DNA of 64,000 bases. Source: a virus. Its lineage: Duplodnaviria; Caudoviricetes. The position numbers and the translations under genes were made by a program. The stretch's first letter is position 1. Every line of letters begins with the position of its first letter. Under the pieces are notes generated by a model. It did not search any database and was not told the origin of the DNA. It saw only the letters and a program-made list of their open reading frames with translations. This document shows, one piece after another, positions 34,303 through 44,782 of the stretch. The stretch lies in the IMG/VR virus record IMGVR_UViG_3300031993_000007; one strand, 5' to 3'.

Positions 34303-35730
34303 TTAGGATCCGATAATCTCCTTGGAGATATCGGAAACGCACTTCAGTGTATCATGTTCTAATGTATCTTCGGCGAAGTCTTCTCCAGTATTTTCAGTGT
34401 AGTTTGTAGGGTCAACCATAATATCATTCACAAGACTGTTAGCTACAAAGGTAAAAGCATCATTTTCGCATTCTACATCTTCAGTGAACTTCTCAAGCAA
34501 TTCTCTAGTCTTGTCAATACATTCCAAGAACGGAACCAAGGCTTTCTTGAGCTCGATAAGGTCTGTAATGCAGTCCATAGAGATTCTGGTTCTAGTAGTC
34601 TTCATCATTTCTGTTCTATCGGTAAACCCGACTTCGACATACAATTCTTGATTTCCACCATAGCCAGGACTACCGAACTTAGCATAGCCTTTACCACCTT
34701 CAGGCATCCTATAATGAAAGTCGAAATTCTTATCTGTCTTTTCCATACAGAAATTCTTAACACAGTCCATTATTGCCGGAAGGCAAGTGTTAGAGCCATC
34801 AACAATACGCTTAGTTAGCTTGCTCTTATCATCCTTAGGATAATCTGGAATCTGAGCTTGCATATATCCCTTGAGCAGAATCTTTAAGACAGTCTGTCTT
34901 GCGAAATTAGGATTGGCCTCGTATTCCTCCCTGCTGAACAAGATATAGCCGTTATTCAAATACTTGAATACTTTGAACTCGCTTCGATGGAAAATCAGAG
35001 CATACATCCAAGACAGCATGTTATAACTTGTAACTTTAAATGGAGGAATGAAATAAGCAAAACCATCATTCTTCTTGAGTTCTTCGCGGATCTTTTCAGC
35101 ATCCATAATCTTCGGGGAGACAACCGCTCGAATCTTAGCTTTAAAAGTTAGATGAACTCCAACACTTCCGAAGTTCGGATATCCCGATACAGTGCTAGGA
35201 ATAAGCCCAGAGTGATTCTCTCTGACAAGCTCGTATGCTGTAACTTTGGTTGCGACCTTATCTCCGAATAAGGGAATATTAAAGGAGAACGGAAACCTAA
35301 AAACATTCTTGAAGAGTTCACCTAAGTTATTGACAAGTAAAGTAAGCAAAGAATCAGGATGACTGGGCAAGTAAAAATCTGGAAGGAAAATGTCCAGATT
35401 AATATCAAGACCATCAGTAAAGACCTTCATAGCTTCAGGAGGATAATTCAAACCGTCATTCTCGACGGGGGCATTACCGAGAAAGACATTCTTGAAAAAT
35501 CCGTCTAAATAGAAGAAACTGTTTTGCTTTTCATCTAGAAGTGCAATCATTCCATTCTTAAAATCTTCGACGATATTAGAGGATGGAACAAACTTATTCA
35601 GGTCTTCAGCCGTTTCAATTTTTGTGTTTTCAAAGAAATTGATTACCTCTTGTTTGACAGAAGCATACTTAGTAGGAGTAAGAGTTTTGTCAGCAAGATT
35701 AACAATGGTGGTATACAATGCAGGGATCAT
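34303..35730 (-). CDS. large hypothetical protein with C-terminal DP module (start revised to MIPALY)
   Basis: TATATTA at 35764-35770 and AAGGA SD before ATG 35730; DIMVDPTNY ... KEIIGS*. Confidence 0.8.
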   Translation of the reverse strand: MIPALYTTIVNLADKTLTPTKYASVKQEVINFFENTKIETAEDLNKFVPSSNIVEDFKNGMIALLDEKQNSFFYLDGFFKNVFLGNAPVENDGLNYPPEAMKVFTDGLDINLDIFLPDFYLPSHPDSLLTLLVNNLGELFKNVFRFPFSFNIPLFGDKVATKVTAYELVRENHSGLIPSTVSGYPNFGSVGVHLTFKAKIRAVVSPKIMDAEKIREELKKNDGFAYFIPPFKVTSYNMLSWMYALIFHRSEFKVFKYLNNGYILFSREEYEANPNFARQTVLKILLKGYMQAQIPDYPKDDKSKLTKRIVDGSNTCLPAIMDCVKNFCMEKTDKNFDFHYRMPEGGKGYAKFGSPGYGGNQELYVEVGFTDRTEMMKTTRTRISMDCITDLIELKKALVPFLECIDKTRELLEKFTEDVECENDAFTFVANSLVNDIMVDPTNYTENTGEDFAEDTLEHDTLKCVSDISKEIIGS

Positions 35731-35797
35731 AGAAATTCCTTTTAGATTGTGATCATCAAAAAATAATATAGGACAGACTTTCATCTGTCCTATAAAT

Positions 35798-37024
35798 TTA
35801 CTCAATCTTTTTCAAGAAGTCATCGAGGTTCAAACTCTTAGACTTGATCTTGGATTCGTGGAAGTTCTTCAAGCTGGCATTGAGCAAGCCAGATCCGATT
35901 TTCATTAGCATAAAGCCAATTCGAGGAGTGTCCGACGGTATCATCCGGTAGTACATCTCTCCGATACACTTGTTGCAAATATGCTTTCCGGTGCAGAACA
36001 TCGGGCTACGAATCTTTACCACCTTTCCAGCTAGAGCTTTGATGTTTTCTTCGGTAAGGAGATATTCCTTTCCAGCAAACTCAGCATAGCGAAGATGGTA
36101 TTTGTCCTTTGCGTCTGGGCCGATCTTTACCATCAGTCCGTATTTAGTCTTGCAATCTGTGCCATGTTTGTCAAGACGCAGATGTTGGAAGGCCATGTTG
36201 AACTTCTTCACCACGTAGCCGCCCATAGCGGTATCGATACCACGAGAACAAGCCGATCCAATACCATTGTCTGCGTAGATAGCAATTTCAGACTTCTTGA
36301 TACCTTCCTGAAGAGAAGAATCGGCAAATCTAAATTTAGTGTTGTCCTTACTTTCATTCACCAAGCCACGCATGGCCGAGGTAACGCCGACCACATCTTT
36401 AGCAGATCCGCTAGCCATGTAGTCATAAGCAGGCTTGTCTTTGATTTCATCGACAAACTTGGACTTCACTTCGTCATCGATCTTATTAAGAACGGCAACA
36501 TCAACATTCTTTACGGCTTCGGCATTCTCCTGAAGCAGTCTCTTCTTCAAGGCATTCACAGAGGGAATTTCCTTGTAGATATCGTTGCTAAGGCCAGGAG
36601 ATACAAAGCTGGTAATTCCATAAGTAAACCACGTTTCACGATCAATAAAGTCTGTGTAGTCCAGCGAAGAAATCTTTTCTTCAAGCAGGGCAGACGACAG
36701 AACGCTATTGATCTTGCCGATAGTTTTCTTCGTCCAAGGCTCATTGATAAATGAGAAGAGCGAAGTATACTTAGCATTTCCAAGAAGAAACAGATTTGCT
36801 ACGTAACGACCGGCAGTGGTGAGGATGCTTCCAGTTACCTTCGGAATTACAGAAGCCGTTTCGTCTGAAGACCTAAGAGTAAATTCACCGTTGAACGGAA
36901 TCTTTTGCTTTCCTTCGACAAAGGCGAAATTGGCAAGGAGCCATTCCTTAGTGACTTCAGAGTGCTTCAAAGCTAGCAAAGTCCTGATGTTGTCTTCTGT
37001 GAGTTGAGGTCTTTGATTAGCCAT
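35798..37024 (-). CDS. multisubunit phage RNA polymerase beta' C-terminal subunit (probably virion RNAP)
   Basis: TTAGR, bridge helix RGIDTAMGGYVVKK, Zn site DC.T...RSPMFC....IC.KC.G, trigger-loop-like LNASLKNFH; lies in a late structural operon. Confidence 0.9.
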   Translation of the reverse strand: MANQRPQLTEDNIRTLLALKHSEVTKEWLLANFAFVEGKQKIPFNGEFTLRSSDETASVIPKVTGSILTTAGRYVANLFLLGNAKYTSLFSFINEPWTKKTIGKINSVLSSALLEEKISSLDYTDFIDRETWFTYGITSFVSPGLSNDIYKEIPSVNALKKRLLQENAEAVKNVDVAVLNKIDDEVKSKFVDEIKDKPAYDYMASGSAKDVVGVTSAMRGLVNESKDNTKFRFADSSLQEGIKKSEIAIYADNGIGSACSRGIDTAMGGYVVKKFNMAFQHLRLDKHGTDCKTKYGLMVKIGPDAKDKYHLRYAEFAGKEYLLTEENIKALAGKVVKIRSPMFCTGKHICNKCIGEMYYRMIPSDTPRIGFMLMKIGSGLLNASLKNFHESKIKSKSLNLDDFLKKIE

Positions 37025-37033
37025 AACCTCTCC

Positions 37034-37642
37034 TTAGAGATAGAGACGATATTCAAAGATCACAGAAGTGTCGGCATAGAACGGAATACCGGGGAACCTG
37101 AACTGCGTAACACGATTTGCATTTGCGCTATCATCAAGCAGAGTAACAAAGTTAACCTCGTGGCATTCTCCGGCACTAATTCCAAGGGAATTACCTTCGC
37201 CATTTCCGACAACCTGAAGCTTAAATCGAATGAAAGCTCCACCGTCACGGGTGTAGATAATCTTCTTGCCTTTCATGTCATCAGCAATGTCGGCAGGCTG
37301 GTAGCTATCGTTGCTGCTGAAGAAGTCTACATCAAACGCATTACTCAGCATCGATGTCACCGTATCTTCATATTCAACCGGATAGGTGTTGTTGCCAACC
37401 GTGCCTACCTTGAACTTGGCAATCTTAGCGCTACCGCTGATAATGCCGCTAACGGCTGTCTGGATGTCGCTGTCTTCGTTATTAAAGAAATTATCGCCAA
37501 TGGTGGTATTGCCGATCAAACGATTGAGCACATAGACCTTTTCTACAGCCGTAACAACGTTGTGCAAATTCTGAAACAAAACCTTTCCGGTCTTTGCATC
37601 ATAAGCGCTAACCACGCCTTTTAGAAGGAAATTGTCTTTCAT
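37034..37642 (-). CDS. putative baseplate/tail structural protein
   Basis: HNVVT..., FKVGT, ...EYRLYL*; same architecture as the neighbouring gene. Confidence 0.6.
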   Translation of the reverse strand: MKDNFLLKGVVSAYDAKTGKVLFQNLHNVVTAVEKVYVLNRLIGNTTIGDNFFNNEDSDIQTAVSGIISGSAKIAKFKVGTVGNNTYPVEYEDTVTSMLSNAFDVDFFSSNDSYQPADIADDMKGKKIIYTRDGGAFIRFKLQVVGNGEGNSLGISAGECHEVNFVTLLDDSANANRVTQFRFPGIPFYADTSVIFEYRLYL

Positions 37643-37649
37643 GATTTAC

Positions 37650-38567
37650 CTATGCGAACACGTAATATTCAAGATCAAGATCTTTAGTAAGATTACCAAA
37701 GAAGTTTTCTGTGGGAAATGTAATATGCGAGAACTGAATTGGAAGGGTGTAATAAATCCCATCCTCAGATCTTGCAAATTTCTTGGGGCCGTATTGAATT
37801 TCTGATTCAGGATTTTCTATACAAGCCATGTACAAGCTAAGCTCGTTTACTTTAGAGTCACGAGCAATCCTAGCCTTATCAGCCTCTGTGGCTATTTCAG
37901 GGAATACACGAGTCAAGTCTTCTGCACTAATAGTCAGCCTAAATCTGGCCACGGCAGTTTCAAAGCTGTGAATACCGATTCTAGACGAATTCTGGTCAAT
38001 TGTGCTAGAAGAAGTGGAATGGATTTCTTTGATACCCATGTCAACACTTTCTAGGATCTTGAAATAGACATAATTGTCAGGATCCGGCCTAGAAATGAAT
38101 TCTGTCTCGGGGCCTAAGACAGGAGTCCTATCCAAAGTGTATTTATTCCCTTGAGAGCCGCCGTCGCCTATAGGTAGCTCGGCATTTGGCGGCAAGGCTA
38201 CATAGTTACTGAGATTGTAACTAGAACTATAACCACTTTCTAATCTTTTCCTGAGCGGAACTATATGAAAGAGATTCATATCTTTCATAGAAGACGCAGC
38301 CGGGATCACAACGTTCTGTTCAGTCAAGGCTCCGCCATTTCCAAAGGCATAGCAGGATATCCAGCTTTTATTATGGAATTTCCAATCAGAGTTTAAGCCA
38401 TAAAACCAGCTTTCATCCGGCTTGTATTCTATCTCTGATTTTCTGGCCATAGCTGCAAGCAAAGCCTTTCTTCCGAGAGTAGTTATCTTATTTGGACGAT
38501 CCCAGAGCAGCTTTCCGCCACTGTAGGCTCTTACTCGCCCATGCAAGTCTAGCATACCAAGATTCAT
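37650..38567 (-). CDS. putative baseplate/tail structural protein (tail-collar-like N-terminal fold)
   Basis: NKITTLGR..., AFGNGG, NELSLY, FSHITFP, LDLEYYV; late promoter upstream. Confidence 0.65.
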   Translation of the reverse strand: MNLGMLDLHGRVRAYSGGKLLWDRPNKITTLGRKALLAAMARKSEIEYKPDESWFYGLNSDWKFHNKSWISCYAFGNGGALTEQNVVIPAASSMKDMNLFHIVPLRKRLESGYSSSYNLSNYVALPPNAELPIGDGGSQGNKYTLDRTPVLGPETEFISRPDPDNYVYFKILESVDMGIKEIHSTSSSTIDQNSSRIGIHSFETAVARFRLTISAEDLTRVFPEIATEADKARIARDSKVNELSLYMACIENPESEIQYGPKKFARSEDGIYYTLPIQFSHITFPTENFFGNLTKDLDLEYYVFA

Positions 38568-38584
38568 AGATTACCTTTCAAATT

Positions 38585-38630
38585 CAATGAGAAGTTGCAG
38601 TTTTGTAAATCTCATAACAACTAATCATTG
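38585..38630. promoter_or_regulatory. divergent late promoters AACTTCTCATTG (-, 38585-38596) and AACTAATCATTG (+, 38619-38630)
   Basis: same 12-nt motif facing each flanking gene. Confidence 0.7.
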
Positions 38631-38669
38631 CACCCTCTATTCATCTAATTCTATCGATAGGAATTAACT

Positions 38670-38939
38670 ATGACTAACGTTCAAATTAAATTCCAGCTCA
38701 ATGGTCGTGGATCGGCTATGAGTGCTGATTGCGCTTTGGTGGAAGCCCAGACTAACTTCCTTGTCTTCAAGGTTGACGGTATGACTGCTAACAGCGTTCC
38801 GTACGGCTGTATCGAAACTCTCAAGATCAACGATGTCGAAGTCAAGGATCTCTCTCAGGCTGGCATCGCCGCTGTCCTTCTGGACGAAAGCGATGAAGGT
38901 TCTGGCAGTACCTCTGGTAGCACTTCTGGCGAAGGCTAA
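38670..38939 (+). CDS. small acidic late protein with G/S-rich tail (possible virion protein)
   Basis: AGGA SD, late motif upstream, terminator downstream. Confidence 0.75.
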   Translation: MTNVQIKFQLNGRGSAMSADCALVEAQTNFLVFKVDGMTANSVPYGCIETLKINDVEVKDLSQAGIAAVLLDESDEGSGSTSGSTSGEG

Positions 38940-38953
38940 TTTTGCCAAAGAAT

Positions 38954-38990
38954 TAATTTCCCTTACCTCTCAGGGTAAGGGAAATTATTT
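38954..38990. terminator. bidirectional terminator
   Basis: AATTTCCCTTACC/GGTAAGGGAAATT between convergent genes. Confidence 0.8.
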
Positions 38991-41746
38991 TACGCATGGA
39001 GAATGTACGCAAAGATTTCTTCTTTAGGAGCAAAGCTCTCCCATTTCCAAATAGCCGGACGGGTTTCTAGCTCTTCGTCAGTATCGAATTCCCACATGCC
39101 AAAGGAGTTACTGATTATGCCATAACGATCTGGTCTGTAAATGATCTGTACATACATTTCCATTCCGACCATTATGTCATGCACTGGCAGATAGTCCTCG
39201 CTGGTTCCATCCAATACAACAGGAAGGTCGATAGGATTCATCTGGCTGCTTTCGGGCTGAACCTCTGACAGATAGCCCGACGAGCCTTCTGGATTGTACG
39301 GAGCGGTTTCTCTGTCGGCAGACAATCCATAGAAGGAATCGCTAAGGATCATATGCTGTGGAAGTTTACTAAGATGATCGAATAATCCTATAAAGCCTTC
39401 GCCGCTTCCATCTGCTTTCAGTTTAGTACCGGACACCTGAAGCTGAACAGTATAGCTAATGAATTTCTCAACAAGCATACTTGCAAATTCAGCAAGGTAG
39501 CCCTTTGCGTATGTATCAAAGGATACTGCGCCGGGTTCTAGGCCTCCGTCTTCCAAGAAGGCCAGGATTTCGTTAGCTAGATATGAGAATACGCTTCTAG
39601 CTCGGCCTGTACCTTCGGCAATAGACTCTTCGATTATGCGGAACAGAGTAGGAGCACGACCCTTAAGGACATCTGCCACTGATTCGGCTCCGAAGTAGAT
39701 CGAAGACGGAAGGGTATTAGACTTTAAGAATACGTCTTCATAAATCCCACGAAGAATCTTGTACTCTACGAATTCGGTAAATCCGGCTTCACGGCTATAA
39801 GTATCATACGACTGGTCATCCCAGACTACCTTGCCATGCAACGGATATGGAACTTCGTTTCTAAGTCTATCCTCAAATACCTTTTCGGTTACAGTCTTAG
39901 AAGAGTTTTCCGGAGCTTCAAGCTGGAAGCCCGATGCGATGGCATCACCTACGAATACACTCTGATTATTCTCGGTCTCGACAAGCTTTCCAGAGATAGC
40001 ATCTTGCTGTTCAGAGACAAAGAAGAATAGCTTTTTAAGCTCACGATTGATCCTTATGATAGAGGTCATCATCGCAGACAGCGATTCTGGGCCTGATACA
40101 GTATTAAGAAGCTCTAGAGTATCAGAGATTTCTTTCCAAAGAGTACGTCCATCGGCAGACGTCAGCTTAGAGAAGTATACAGCTTTATAGTTTTCCGGAA
40201 TCTTGAGAGCATCAATACTCGTAATAAATGACAAGACATGCCAAGCGGTATTGTGCTCTCCACCAATAATATTAAAGATTGACGGCTGTGTCTTCCAGTT
40301 CGGGGACATATCCTCGGTCGTCATATCGCTAATGGCTGTTTCCAAATAGTACAATGCCATTAAGGCATAGACCAGAGGAGTGGAGCCTAAGTGCAATTCC
40401 GGAAAAGACGGGATGCTAACAGCCGACGGGCTTATATAGTGCAACAGCGAGAACAAGAGAATCGCACCGTCATTCTGCTCTTCCATGTTGATATCATTAG
40501 AGATACCAATGTACTTAGACGGAAGAACAACCATGCCGTCGCCGAATTCTGCTCTTATCTTTTCAATAACTTCAGATTCAGGGCAGTTTTTCCAATACGG
40601 ATCTGCTCCAGTCACGTCAGCAAAGCTTTGCTTATTGATTTCCGGGTGAGCTACAATGTATTCCAAAGGATTAGCAACATCGAATGGAATTTCTACAAAG
40701 AATAGCTCCTTGTTTCCGGTACCATAATCTCCGTCTTCGCTAGGATTGGATCCAAGGCACATCAGATTCGGATCGCCGTAGACCATGTACAGCTTATAAG
40801 CGTCAACCAGCTCTCGACCAAAGATGTCCTGAATAACAATTTTCAGAGTTTGGGAAGTACTCTTGGTGCGGACTAGCTCACGAATATTCTTAATCACACG
40901 AAGCTGATAAGGCTCTGGCAGGTCATCCAGAAAGTTGATACCGAAGCTATAAAGAGCGTTACGGATGTCGTACTGGTCATAAAGGGCAATGTTGTAAATC
41001 TTTTCTAGCTCAGAATCCAGATAAGAATAGATCGTCATGACAACGATCATCCAGTTCACAAAGGTCGTATAGTTTGGATCCCAGCGCATGGCACGGTTTT
41101 CCATAGCGGCTGTGAACAGGTTTCTATTCTCATTGTACAGCTTTATGAATTTGGTCTTGTCCAAGTACTTGAATGAGATCTTCTTTAGCTGTCTCTTGTC
41201 ATCACCGTCTAGGATGTAGTTTCCATTCGAATCAGTCTCGTATTCGGTATCAGAATAATAGAAGTCCTCCGGATCATAGTAAAGAATGCCGTGGTCAGGA
41301 GTTTGCCTAGCGATATTTGGAAGAACACCGTAGTTGCAGAACAGCAAACGATAATAAGAATTTGCTTCAAAGACGTTACCTATGAAGGGAGCATCTACCA
41401 ATTCTGCATTTTGCATTGGAGTAGCCCTGCGAACCTCTTCAAGGCGTCTCATGTTACTGCCAATATACAGCGAATTCTGAAGATAGATCTGTTGGAAGAA
41501 TTCTACACCATTCGGAATGATATTGTAATCTTGAAGCTGAGGGTTAGGAAACCCTTTCTTGCCAATGCTATCTATATACGGAAGAGTGCCTTCGCAAGCG
41601 CTAATAAAATAAGATCCCCAAAGGATACTCGTAGTAGACTCATGGGCATCAGCCTGGTCTGTATCTTTAAAAACGAAGGTCTTGGCGAATCGTAAAATTT
41701 CTTTTATGGTTGCCGCCGCTCGTTCGTCAATTATAGAATAATCCAT
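38990..41746 (-). CDS. large virion structural protein, probable baseplate wedge (start revised to MDYSII)
   Basis: ~918 aa; late motif at 41768-41779; ..SFG.....LP..YQ...IKNI..L...KST...L..V...IFG segment resembles baseplate wedge proteins. Confidence 0.6.
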   Translation of the reverse strand: MDYSIIDERAAATIKEILRFAKTFVFKDTDQADAHESTTSILWGSYFISACEGTLPYIDSIGKKGFPNPQLQDYNIIPNGVEFFQQIYLQNSLYIGSNMRRLEEVRRATPMQNAELVDAPFIGNVFEANSYYRLLFCNYGVLPNIARQTPDHGILYYDPEDFYYSDTEYETDSNGNYILDGDDKRQLKKISFKYLDKTKFIKLYNENRNLFTAAMENRAMRWDPNYTTFVNWMIVVMTIYSYLDSELEKIYNIALYDQYDIRNALYSFGINFLDDLPEPYQLRVIKNIRELVRTKSTSQTLKIVIQDIFGRELVDAYKLYMVYGDPNLMCLGSNPSEDGDYGTGNKELFFVEIPFDVANPLEYIVAHPEINKQSFADVTGADPYWKNCPESEVIEKIRAEFGDGMVVLPSKYIGISNDINMEEQNDGAILLFSLLHYISPSAVSIPSFPELHLGSTPLVYALMALYYLETAISDMTTEDMSPNWKTQPSIFNIIGGEHNTAWHVLSFITSIDALKIPENYKAVYFSKLTSADGRTLWKEISDTLELLNTVSGPESLSAMMTSIIRINRELKKLFFFVSEQQDAISGKLVETENNQSVFVGDAIASGFQLEAPENSSKTVTEKVFEDRLRNEVPYPLHGKVVWDDQSYDTYSREAGFTEFVEYKILRGIYEDVFLKSNTLPSSIYFGAESVADVLKGRAPTLFRIIEESIAEGTGRARSVFSYLANEILAFLEDGGLEPGAVSFDTYAKGYLAEFASMLVEKFISYTVQLQVSGTKLKADGSGEGFIGLFDHLSKLPQHMILSDSFYGLSADRETAPYNPEGSSGYLSEVQPESSQMNPIDLPVVLDGTSEDYLPVHDIMVGMEMYVQIIYRPDRYGIISNSFGMWEFDTDEELETRPAIWKWESFAPKEEIFAYILHA

Positions 41747-41767
41747 ATAGTTCCTTGGAAATTTGTT

Positions 41768-41793
41768 CAATAGAAAGTTGGAGGTATATTAAA
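41768..41793. promoter_or_regulatory. back-to-back late promoter (-, AACTTTCTATTG 41768-41779) and early promoter (+, TATATTA 41785-41791)
   Basis: motif matches in a ~70-nt divergent intergenic region. Confidence 0.75.
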
Positions 41794-41815
41794 TTAGGCA
41801 TTTAAAGGAGACTTT

Positions 41816-42190
41816 ATGAAAATAGAAATCAGCGAATACGATAATGGCCTTAAGGCTATTGTTATTGACGGCATCACTGTTACTGAAGAACTTGGAACAT
41901 TCTTTAACCTAGCTCCGGGCTATGACAAATCTGTTCCGGCTGGATGGGCGATTTTGGATCCGGAAGTAAGCCAACTGTCTTTCAAGGATGACGAAGTATT
42001 CTTTACAGGAATCTCTCTGAAGCATATCATGTCTAATCCCAATAGCAGAGCTGTATTGCTAGTTAGCTGCGGCCCCAGAGACCGTGATACCAATACGAAC
42101 ATAGCCAGAGTTGTTAAGGTCATCACCGATAAGAAAGGCAAGCTAGAATTCAATCCGGAAACTGGAGAGCTTTCTGATGCTAAATATTAA
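41816..42190 (+). CDS. hypothetical protein
   Basis: AAGGAG SD. Confidence 0.8.
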   Translation: MKIEISEYDNGLKAIVIDGITVTEELGTFFNLAPGYDKSVPAGWAILDPEVSQLSFKDDEVFFTGISLKHIMSNPNSRAVLLVSCGPRDRDTNTNIARVVKVITDKKGKLEFNPETGELSDAKY

Positions 42191-42848
42191 AAAGGAAATG
42201 GGCGTTCTTATCGAAGCTTGTGGTAATGATAACATTCTAGAGAATTGCCCATTCCAAAGAGAATCCAAAGAAGCGATGATAGACAAAGAGATGGATATCA
42301 TCCGAAGCAATCCATACGCTGCTGGACGATGGCTAGAAGCGTGCCGTGAGTCTCCGGAAGCTACAAAGATTCTCAAGAAGTATCTCAAGGCCGCTGGAGT
42401 TACCGAACATGGCATCTGGATTATAAAGAACTACAACGATCATAGCAAGACTTTGTCTAGTGCAGTATTTGCTTTCTCGGATCTGCTGATAAACACCTTT
42501 AAGACCTATCGAGCTCTCGGAGTTGATCAGAAAGAGTTAACTGACGACGAAAGGTTCGATGCTCTTGACGACTTTAACGTATTCGCACCAGATGCAGAAA
42601 CTTGTGATCGAATTCTGAAGAATCTTAGCGAATATATCAAGGATATGGTTGAGGATTATCTAGATGGAAGCGATAAAAGCATCAGCGACACTGGAGATCT
42701 TGGAGTTCTGGCATTAGCCATCGATGTGGCCAATGATCCTTTAGAATGGCTGAATATCGCAGCTCTATATGATTCTAATAAATTCGGAGAGAACACTGCC
42801 CCGATTTTGGAACTCAACGAAGTCATTGGAGGATTTCTAAATGGCTAG
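42177..42848 (+). CDS. DP-module family protein
   Basis: DVANDPLEWLNI ... GGFLNG*. Confidence 0.8.
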   Translation: MLNIKKEMGVLIEACGNDNILENCPFQRESKEAMIDKEMDIIRSNPYAAGRWLEACRESPEATKILKKYLKAAGVTEHGIWIIKNYNDHSKTLSSAVFAFSDLLINTFKTYRALGVDQKELTDDERFDALDDFNVFAPDAETCDRILKNLSEYIKDMVEDYLDGSDKSISDTGDLGVLALAIDVANDPLEWLNIAALYDSNKFGENTAPILELNEVIGGFLNG

Positions 42849-43509
42849 ACTGAAAAAGACTTGGATAGAAAAGAATGCGGAATATCTCAAGAATAACATT
42901 ATCAAATGCTTCTTAAGGATTCCGGAAGTCCTTTCCAAAGAATCTTTGAATAATTTTCTGGACACTCAATTTGGACTGATGTGCAAAGATCTGTTTTCAG
43001 CTTTAAGGTTCTTATCACCGTTTATGGTAGATTATCGTGATGATAACGACAATTACGAATTTAAGCTTAGTAACTTTGAAGAAAAGCTCTTAAAACGATT
43101 TCTGATCGAACAGCACCATCTGACTAAAGCAGAATCTAAAATAGCTGTAGATAGATCTTCGGGTATGGTCAATATTCGTATTACCATTGTTGATATCATC
43201 GGAGCTCTTCTCTGGGAAGAAGATCTGAAAGATTTTAGGAATAGCTTTAAGATTTTGCTTCCTAAAGAAATAGCTGTGCCATTCTTCAAGGCAGCTCCAA
43301 AGAGCGAGTATCTGGATTTCTACCTAGAAGAAGCTACTCTAGCTTCGTATATACTAGTAAAGGAATTTCCTCTTAATCCGATCGAGTGGCTATCATTCTT
43401 TGAATCTGCTAAGAGCACAATTCTTAGATCTATAAGTATGGATGAAAGCTCTTTTAATGATCTTACCAACTTGATCAAATCCTGTTTTACAACCAAGGAG
43501 AAAAAGTAA
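42841..43509 (+). CDS. DP-module family protein
   Basis: EFPLNPIEWLSFF, 44 aa from the C-terminus. Confidence 0.8.
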   Translation: MARLKKTWIEKNAEYLKNNIIKCFLRIPEVLSKESLNNFLDTQFGLMCKDLFSALRFLSPFMVDYRDDNDNYEFKLSNFEEKLLKRFLIEQHHLTKAESKIAVDRSSGMVNIRITIVDIIGALLWEEDLKDFRNSFKILLPKEIAVPFFKAAPKSEYLDFYLEEATLASYILVKEFPLNPIEWLSFFESAKSTILRSISMDESSFNDLTNLIKSCFTTKEKK

Positions 43510-44072
43510 TGAGCGAAGAATTAACAAACATTAATGACATTATTAGTGAACTGGAGAAGTCCGGCACTAAGGTCATTGGAGTTGGCCCAGGCCAAGGATT
43601 GACCATTGGTCTCTTTGGAAGTGAGGCCGAAGAAAGAAGCAGAGCTGATGTTCTTGCAGAACTGAAGCCAAAGGCAGTTAAAGAACTTGCAGAGGCCTTT
43701 AAGGAAATGCTTAACCTTTGGCCTAACACTGTCTTCGAGAATATGGACATCCCGATGGAAATTGTGTTCCAGAATGACTGGGCGCTTGGAGCTATTGGCT
43801 GTCCTAGGCTTCCTGAAGATCGTCGCAAAGACGAAGCTGCTTACACAGCATTCTACAAAGCACTGGCAGAGACCTTTGCGATCTGCCCGACCAACATGGA
43901 AACTGACGAAATGGAAAAGGCTACAGAGTTGCTGATCGACAATATGTTTGATTTGGATCCTACTATTGGTATCAACCTTGGTACTTCTATCGGATTCATC
44001 AATCGTGATAAGCATCCTAGTAAACCGTTCTGTCCGTCACTTATAGAATATGCTAGACGCTATCTGGGGTAA
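43509..44072 (+). CDS. DP-module family protein
   Basis: NMFDLDPTIGINL ... RRYLG*. Confidence 0.75.
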   Translation: MSEELTNINDIISELEKSGTKVIGVGPGQGLTIGLFGSEAEERSRADVLAELKPKAVKELAEAFKEMLNLWPNTVFENMDIPMEIVFQNDWALGAIGCPRLPEDRRKDEAAYTAFYKALAETFAICPTNMETDEMEKATELLIDNMFDLDPTIGINLGTSIGFINRDKHPSKPFCPSLIEYARRYLG

Positions 44073-44074
44073 CT

Positions 44075-44260
44075 ATGATGAACAGTACTATAGCGGCGCT
44101 TGAAGCCGCCTTTCCACTTGAAAAGATCTTGTATTGCAGAGGATGCGGATTACGTCTTAACGATCTTGGTCTAAAAAAGATACCATCTAATTGTCCGGTT
44201 TGCGGAATCTTAACGGAGAATAACCCAAATGATGACAGCACTGCACAAAGCGATGGATAA
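44075..44260 (+). CDS. small zinc-ribbon protein
   Basis: CRGC...CPVC. Confidence 0.65.
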   Translation: MMNSTIAALEAAFPLEKILYCRGCGLRLNDLGLKKIPSNCPVCGILTENNPNDDSTAQSDG

Positions 44261-44744
44261 GATCATAGATTCTGAAGGCACCACGATTGGAGATTTCTGG
44301 GGATTGCTTACCTTCCTTGAGATTGAGCCGCCCTTGAAACTTCTCAATCAAAAGGGAGAGTACTCAGATCGGTTCAGAAAGGATTTGGAAGACCATTATC
44401 CTATTCAGTTGGATGTGGCCGTCAGATCCAGACTTAGGTGCTATCCCTTGGAAGAGCTTTCGGAATTTATCCGACATCTTCAGATGATTGTAAAGGATGC
44501 AGAACAGATTAAGGATACTTTGGAAAGGGTATATGGAATCCGAGAAGATAATTTCGACACGTACGGATTTGCCTCGGTGATGAAGCCTGTTATCCATCAA
44601 AAATTGGATGACATTCTTGCAGATCCTATAGCCTTCTCTAATAAATTCAGTGAAAAAGATGCACTTTCTCTTGAAAGTTTTAAATTCGGGAAGAGCGTTT
44701 TAAAAGCCATCATAGAAACTAAAAAAGAATTGATCAATGGATAA
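44229..44744 (+). CDS. DP-module family protein
   Basis: DILADPIAFSNKF ... KELING*. Confidence 0.8.
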   Translation: MMTALHKAMDKIIDSEGTTIGDFWGLLTFLEIEPPLKLLNQKGEYSDRFRKDLEDHYPIQLDVAVRSRLRCYPLEELSEFIRHLQMIVKDAEQIKDTLERVYGIREDNFDTYGFASVMKPVIHQKLDDILADPIAFSNKFSEKDALSLESFKFGKSVLKAIIETKKELING

Positions 44745-44748
44745 TAAA

Positions 44749-44771
44749 AAGACAAGCTCACGCTTGTCTTC
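44749..44771. terminator. bidirectional terminator
   Basis: AAGACAAGC/GCTTGTCTT with A- and T-runs, convergent genes. Confidence 0.8.
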
Positions 44772-44782
44772 TTTTTTTCGGA

